Shown here in pieces: positions 59,437 to 64,000 of a stretch of 64,000 bases of DNA. Position numbers and translations under genes: made by a program. Under the pieces are notes generated by a model that saw only the letters and a list, made by a program, of their open reading frames with translations, did not search any database and was not told the DNA's origin. Source of the stretch: Desulfobacterales bacterium (GTDB lineage Bacteria; Desulfobacterota; Desulfobacteria; Desulfobacterales; UBA5852); the NCBI GenBank assembly GCA_963674755.2, contig CAXXVS010000002.1, positions 1,344,001 through 1,408,000 of the forward strand, given 5' to 3'. How positions within the stretch are numbered: position 1 is the first letter of the stretch; each line of letters starts with the position of its first letter.

Positions 59437-60114
59437 TCACTCGATGATCTTATACTTCTTTCGCGCTTCATCTTTGCGCATCCCATTGAAATGCCACCAT
59501 TCGTAACTCAATGGGATAAAGCCGGCTTGCTGCATCACTTGCGACAACAACGCACGGTTTTCTTTCTGGGCCGCGTTGAGATCGAACAATTTCAGTTTGG
59601 CATATCCCCAGTAAATCGACAAATCGCTTTTGTAAAACGGCGTAAATCCCATATCGATTTCGTTGCCATCGCCATCGACGATGGTGACATCGACCGCAAT
59701 ACCATAATTGTGCATGGAACCCTTTTGGGGGCCGGCTACGAATTTTTCGAACCGGGTGCCTTTCATCTTATCGTACATGCGCCGGGAAATGCTCCTCGGG
59801 CGGGCGGCGTCCATGATTAGAATGGAATAGGAAGGGAACACCGTCTTGATATGTTTCTGCGCTTTTGACAACTTTTGCGCAACTTCCCTTCGAAGGTACG
59901 CCTTATTGAGCCCGCCATAAAAATCCTCCCGGAAATAATTCTTATCCGGATCGGAGTTTACAAGATCGACGTTTATGGATTTGTCGACGGTTTGCACGTC
60001 AATAAGCCCTGCTTCAACAAACTTCTTTTCAATATCATTGGCCTGGCAATAGGGGCTTGCCAACAATATAAGTAAAACGCTTATTATTATCAAATAGTAT
60101 TCAGTAATTTGCAT
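59437..60114 (-). CDS. D-Ala-D-Ala dipeptidase (VanX/DdpX, M15 family), exported
   Basis: DAARP, SMHNYGIAVDVT, EWWHF; N-terminal signal peptide. Confidence 0.88.
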   Translation of the reverse strand: MQITEYYLIIISVLLILLASPYCQANDIEKKFVEAGLIDVQTVDKSINVDLVNSDPDKNYFREDFYGGLNKAYLRREVAQKLSKAQKHIKTVFPSYSILIMDAARPRSISRRMYDKMKGTRFEKFVAGPQKGSMHNYGIAVDVTIVDGDGNEIDMGFTPFYKSDLSIYWGYAKLKLFDLNAAQKENRALLSQVMQQAGFIPLSYEWWHFNGMRKDEARKKYKIIE

Positions 60115-60160
60115 GGCGCGTTATAACCTGTGATCTCCCAATGGACGGTGCTCAGCGGAG

Positions 60161-60655
60161 TCAATAAGAGCGAATTCTAAGACGACACCTCGAATAAAGC
60201 AGAATGATTGCACCGGCCATAATTGCAAGGTCGGCAATATTGAAAATACCCGTACGAAAAGATCCAATGCCAACATTGAGAAAATCCACAACGGAACCGT
60301 TATGCATTATGCGGTCAATCAGGTTACCGACGCCGCCGGCAATAAATAATGAGACCGCCAGGACTACGGGAAAATCTAGAGATTTTGATACTAGAGCAAA
60401 AGCCGAAGCGCCCAGAAGAACGAAACAAGTACCAACCGTAAATATTGAATGCCGCAAAACTTGGGGGAGTGAATGGCCTAAGCTGAGAAATGCCCCACAA
60501 TTATAGGTGAGTTGAAGACGCAACGTATCACCGAGACATGAAAATGTCTTCATTTCAGGGAGGTGTAAAACAGCAATTGATTTAGTTACCTGGTCACAGC
60601 CAACGCAAGAAATCAATACGATAAATAACAGAACCAATCTTTTTGATAATTTCAT
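60161..60655 (-). CDS. lspA: Lipoprotein signal peptidase II
   Basis: DQVTK, NCGAF, GNLIDR, VVDF, FNIAD. Confidence 0.92.
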   Translation of the reverse strand: MKLSKRLVLLFIVLISCVGCDQVTKSIAVLHLPEMKTFSCLGDTLRLQLTYNCGAFLSLGHSLPQVLRHSIFTVGTCFVLLGASAFALVSKSLDFPVVLAVSLFIAGGVGNLIDRIMHNGSVVDFLNVGIGSFRTGIFNIADLAIMAGAIILLYSRCRLRIRSY

Positions 60656-60720
60656 AAAGTCGCGATGCTTTTTGACCGTTAAGGATTTAATCAGCAACCC
60701 ACTTTGAGGGTCAACTGAAT

Positions 60721-61236
60721 TTAAAGGTCCGAGTTTCTCGGATGGTTTGATATAAAGTGGGATTCAAGTTTGAATTCCGTTATTTCTAACGAACCTTTTC
60801 TGTCCCAATCATTCAGCAATCCGATAACCTTTAAATGAATTTCGTGAAAAACACCTCTATTACCACAGTCGCATGAAAGAGATTGCACTATATCTTCAAA
60901 AAAACTTTGTTGAATAGGCTGATCGATAGAAAAGCAATCTTCTTCTATTCCCTCCGAAGCACCGACAAAGGTCAATCCGCCGATTCCCAAGTAAGGTGGA
61001 TTCTCGTTTCCGATTAGTTGTTTTTTACTTTTCCATATATTTATTTGGAACGGATGATTATTAAGCTCATCAGGGTATCTGACACGCCCATTTATTAAAA
61101 TATTATCATGGCGACTTATAGAATCCGCATCTTGACCAACGATACTCCGAATAATCGAGTATGATTCCACGGGGCACATAAGCGTCCATTCGATTTGGCC
61201 GAATCGTGAAGCGGGCTTTTCAAAATGAGCCGTCAT
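60721..61236 (-). CDS. Hypothetical protein (AT-rich)
   Basis: 171-codon ORF in AT-rich DNA with AAGGAG RBS. Confidence 0.65.
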   Translation of the reverse strand: MTAHFEKPASRFGQIEWTLMCPVESYSIIRSIVGQDADSISRHDNILINGRVRYPDELNNHPFQINIWKSKKQLIGNENPPYLGIGGLTFVGASEGIEEDCFSIDQPIQQSFFEDIVQSLSCDCGNRGVFHEIHLKVIGLLNDWDRKGSLEITEFKLESHFISNHPRNSDL

Positions 61237-61509
61237 TTATTGATACTCCTTGTTGAATAGTGCCACAGAACATTACGATTGCGGCTTATCGAGCATAAAA
61301 TGTCTTATGAGAAGCATCACACAGCTATTGATCAGGTACGCAAAGGGCGCACCCCAAATAGGCAGATTTTAAGGCCGGCTTTACTAATGCAGGAATACGG
61401 ACCGAACTACCATGTGGTTGGCAAATTGTAAAGATTGATAGGGAGGTCTGGATACCCCCTGCCAGGGTGGCTTGCCGCGGGGAACGCCGCAAACATAAAT
61501 CAGATGGTA

Positions 61510-62259
61510 TTAACCGTAAAGCTTACCCAGAAAATAATTCATCTGGCGATACCACCAGGGCCAGTCGTGATTGACGTCGTGGCCCCAGTAATCGATCCAG
61601 GCCGGGATGCCCTTGGCGCGGCAGACGGCATCCAACTGGCGGGTGTCTTCCAGCTCTTCTTCTTCCCAGGCTCCCTGCCCCACGCAGGCGATCAATTTCC
61701 CTTCCCGGTAGCGGTCCAGATACCAGGGATCCGTCAAGCCGGTCAGGTAGGCCAGGGGCGAATTGAAATAGACGGCCGGTACGTCGCAGGCTTGCAGACC
61801 GAACTCGGGGCGGTCCAGGCGGTAGAGGCCGCTCAGGGCAATGGTACCGGCAAAGATATCCGGATGCTTGAGGTAGAAATTGACGGCGTGATAGGCGCCC
61901 ATGCTGCAGCCGTTGGCCATGATGCGCGCCTCGGGCTGGTGGCAGTGGTCCCGCACAAAGGGGACCACCTCCGCCATGATGTAGCGGTCGTAGGCTTCGT
62001 AGCGGGCGTTGCGCTCGGCCGGCGGCACCTCGAAGCGGTACCAGGACTGGGCATCCACACTGTCCACGCAAAACAGTTTGATCTGGCCGGCTTCGAGAAA
62101 CCCGGCAATGGCATCGATCATGCCCAGGCCTTCGTAGTCGAAGTAGCGCCCCCGGGAACAGGGGAAGACGATGAACGGCGCCCCCCAGTGCCCGTATACG
62201 TTGAGGGACATCTCCTGCTGGAGATGAGAGCTGAACCAGGTATGCGTTTCACGATGCAT
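61510..62259 (-). CDS. Esterase family alpha/beta hydrolase
   Basis: YGHWG, GCSMG nucleophile elbow, HDWPWW. Confidence 0.88.
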   Translation of the reverse strand: MHRETHTWFSSHLQQEMSLNVYGHWGAPFIVFPCSRGRYFDYEGLGMIDAIAGFLEAGQIKLFCVDSVDAQSWYRFEVPPAERNARYEAYDRYIMAEVVPFVRDHCHQPEARIMANGCSMGAYHAVNFYLKHPDIFAGTIALSGLYRLDRPEFGLQACDVPAVYFNSPLAYLTGLTDPWYLDRYREGKLIACVGQGAWEEEELEDTRQLDAVCRAKGIPAWIDYWGHDVNHDWPWWYRQMNYFLGKLYG

Positions 62260-62261
62260 GA

Positions 62262-63434
62262 TTAAGCCGCTCCATGGCCGGGGGCGTGGATGAACCGGAC
62301 GATGGCGTCGATCTCGTCCATATCGGGGGAGCGGAAGATGTAGCCGATATCCCCCAGGGCGCTGCTGAAGACCCCGGGCACACTGGCCGCCTGGACGATC
62401 TGGGCCCCATAGCGGTTCATGATCGCCTCGTGTGAATGGCGGTAGGACAGGTTGTTTTTGCGGCTGGCATAGCAGCAGTGATACTTGCGGGTATAGTCCA
62501 GATCAACATTGCCATCGACCAGGAGCCGGGCCCAGACCCGATAGATATCGATGTCGCAGGCGTAGTTGAACATGTCTGTTGTGAAGCCCCCGGGTGGCCG
62601 CATGTTGATTTCCAGTCCGATATACTTCCCTTCCGGAGTGTGGAAGAACTCGATGTGGAAAAAGCGCTCCCGGGCCTCGAAAGCTTTCACGCACTTGCGT
62701 CCCAGGGTTTCCAGCTCCGCCGGAATTTCCCGCAGGGACTCGTAGTGGATGTGGCGTCCCTCGTTGACCGTCTCCATGATGCCCTGGCTGAAGCGGTGGG
62801 AGGTGTAAAAGACCAGGCGGCCGTCACGGGCGGCCAGCCCGTCAAAGGAATAGATCGTGCCGGCCACAAAGGCTTCCAGGATGTAGTCCGCATCGGGCTT
62901 CTTCTCGAAGAAGCGGACCAGATCCGCATCGCTGTCCAGCCGGAAGGTATCCAGGGCTCCCACCCCGGCATCGGGTTTGGCCACCACCGGATAGCCGGTT
63001 CTGTCGACCAAGACGCGGGCTTCTTCTAGGGAGCGGACCACCCCGCCTTCGGCCACCGGCACGCCGGCCTTCCGAAAGGCGGCCTTCATCCTGGATTTGT
63101 GCCGGATGGTGTCGATCTGATGGCCCCGGATGCCCGGGATGTTGAAGTCATCCCGGATGCGGGCTTCGGTTTTCAGCCAGTATTCGTTGAGGGACTCGAA
63201 GCGGTCGAGCTTGCCGTAACCATGGGTGAAATACCCGCAGGCCCGCACCAGGGCATCGTAGTCGTGCATGTCCGGCACATGGTAATACGCACTCAGGGCC
63301 TGACGCACCTCGGGCGCCAGGTCATTTTCCACAGCATCGCCGATGCCCAATACGGTGGCGCCGGCCTGTTTCAATTGAGCGCAAAAGCGGTGGTAATGGT
63401 GGGGAAAATGAGGGGACAGATAGACGACGTTCAT
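62262..63434 (-). CDS. ATP-grasp domain protein
   Basis: SPHFP, GYPVVAKPDAGVGA, FFHIEFF, EINMRPPGG; 2 bp from the esterase start. Confidence 0.88.
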   Translation of the reverse strand: MNVVYLSPHFPHHYHRFCAQLKQAGATVLGIGDAVENDLAPEVRQALSAYYHVPDMHDYDALVRACGYFTHGYGKLDRFESLNEYWLKTEARIRDDFNIPGIRGHQIDTIRHKSRMKAAFRKAGVPVAEGGVVRSLEEARVLVDRTGYPVVAKPDAGVGALDTFRLDSDADLVRFFEKKPDADYILEAFVAGTIYSFDGLAARDGRLVFYTSHRFSQGIMETVNEGRHIHYESLREIPAELETLGRKCVKAFEARERFFHIEFFHTPEGKYIGLEINMRPPGGFTTDMFNYACDIDIYRVWARLLVDGNVDLDYTRKYHCCYASRKNNLSYRHSHEAIMNRYGAQIVQAASVPGVFSSALGDIGYIFRSPDMDEIDAIVRFIHAPGHGAA

Positions 63435-63675
63435 TCAGGCTCCCTGGCGGCATATAGGGGTAAAGACCGAAACGGCCCGCGGGGTGACCACCGCTGAAGA
63501 GAAACCATAAGCATCCGGAGGAGACCTGCAAAGGGGCCCGGAGGATCCATAAGCCCAACAGCCATTATAGGACGCACCCGGGGCGCAACGGAATGGTTCC
63601 CTTTTGGAAAAGAAGATTACCTGTGGAATGGGAAAGCCCGGATTAGCCGAAGACGCAGCCGTCTCACCGGCAGCG

Positions 63676-63999
63676 TCAATAGAGAAACTCGACGCCAAAC
63701 CCTTTGGCATCCAGACGCACGATTTTACCGCGGCGCTTGATCTCGCTCCGATCCTCGGCGAAAGGACCCGCCACCACGATATCCTGCCCCACGAGAAATT
63801 GGGTCTTGCTTTGGATATAAGTCCCACCGGCACTGAGATTCTTGATGCGACCTTCAAAGAGCTGGCGATTGGCGGCAAAATAGGTGTTTTCCGAGCATTG
63901 CGTCCGTGTATACCTTCGCGTCTGTTGGTTCTGGGACCGCCGGAGGCGTCTTTCAACAATATCGGCACTTCGCCGTATTCTGGTGTTGCCAGGCTTAGG
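63676..63999 (-). CDS. PilZ domain protein, 5'-partial, absent from the ORF track
   Basis: Manual translation is open from the window end: RRYTR..KNLSAGG..GKIVRLDAKGFGVEFLY-stop. Confidence 0.8.
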   Translation of the reverse strand, partial: PKPGNTRIRRSADIVERRLRRSQNQQTRRYTRTQCSENTYFAANRQLFEGRIKNLSAGGTYIQSKTQFLVGQDIVVAGPFAEDRSEIKRRGKIVRLDAKGFGVEFLY

Positions 64000-64000
64000 T

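Noticed and set aside
59437..60114. Vancomycin resistance locus
   Set aside because: Only a VanX/DdpX-like peptidase; no vanH, vanA or vanRS, and such peptidases are widespread
58799..61500. Integron cassette array
   Set aside because: No integrase and no recognisable paired attC boxes in the short spacers

Overview
GC-rich (roughly 60% by eye) chromosomal window. Gene content and style point to an anaerobic Desulfobacterota, possibly Desulfosarcinaceae-like (inference). Positions 1-34 kb and 55-64 kb are mostly scattered housekeeping and accessory genes (pduO-type adenosyltransferase, trpB2, leuB, hrpB, ilvN, lspA, MFS, PilZ/GGDEF proteins), with a low-GC patch near 58.8-61.4 kb. The centrepiece is a ~20 kb redox and signalling locus (34.5-54.9 kb). 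A hybrid kinase precedes a sigma54 promoter with a palindromic enhancer. The promoter is followed by: a pseudo-receiver; an HdrL-type protein (HdrA carrying a GltD/NfnB-like module); MvhD; an FdhB/FrhB-like Fe-S protein; a tandem HdrA with an intact response-regulator receiver domain inserted inside the enzyme; HdrC; HdrB; and an HdrD/DsrK-like protein that the ORF track splits at an in-frame TGA (selenocysteine in a 'TEUGH' motif, followed by a SECIS-like hairpin). Further downstream are a sensor kinase with haem-c motifs, a PAS-only sigma54 activator and a second hybrid kinase. The locus has no conventional response regulator, so the best novel-system candidate is a heterodisulfide-reductase complex controlled directly by two-component phosphorylation. 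Also found: an acyltransferase frameshifted in a T9 tract, intergenic palindromic elements, two sigma28-like promoters, tandem YebG-like paralogues, and a PilZ gene missed by the ORF track. No rRNA, tRNA, CRISPR array or transposase was recognised. All family calls come from motif recognition by eye; no searches were run.
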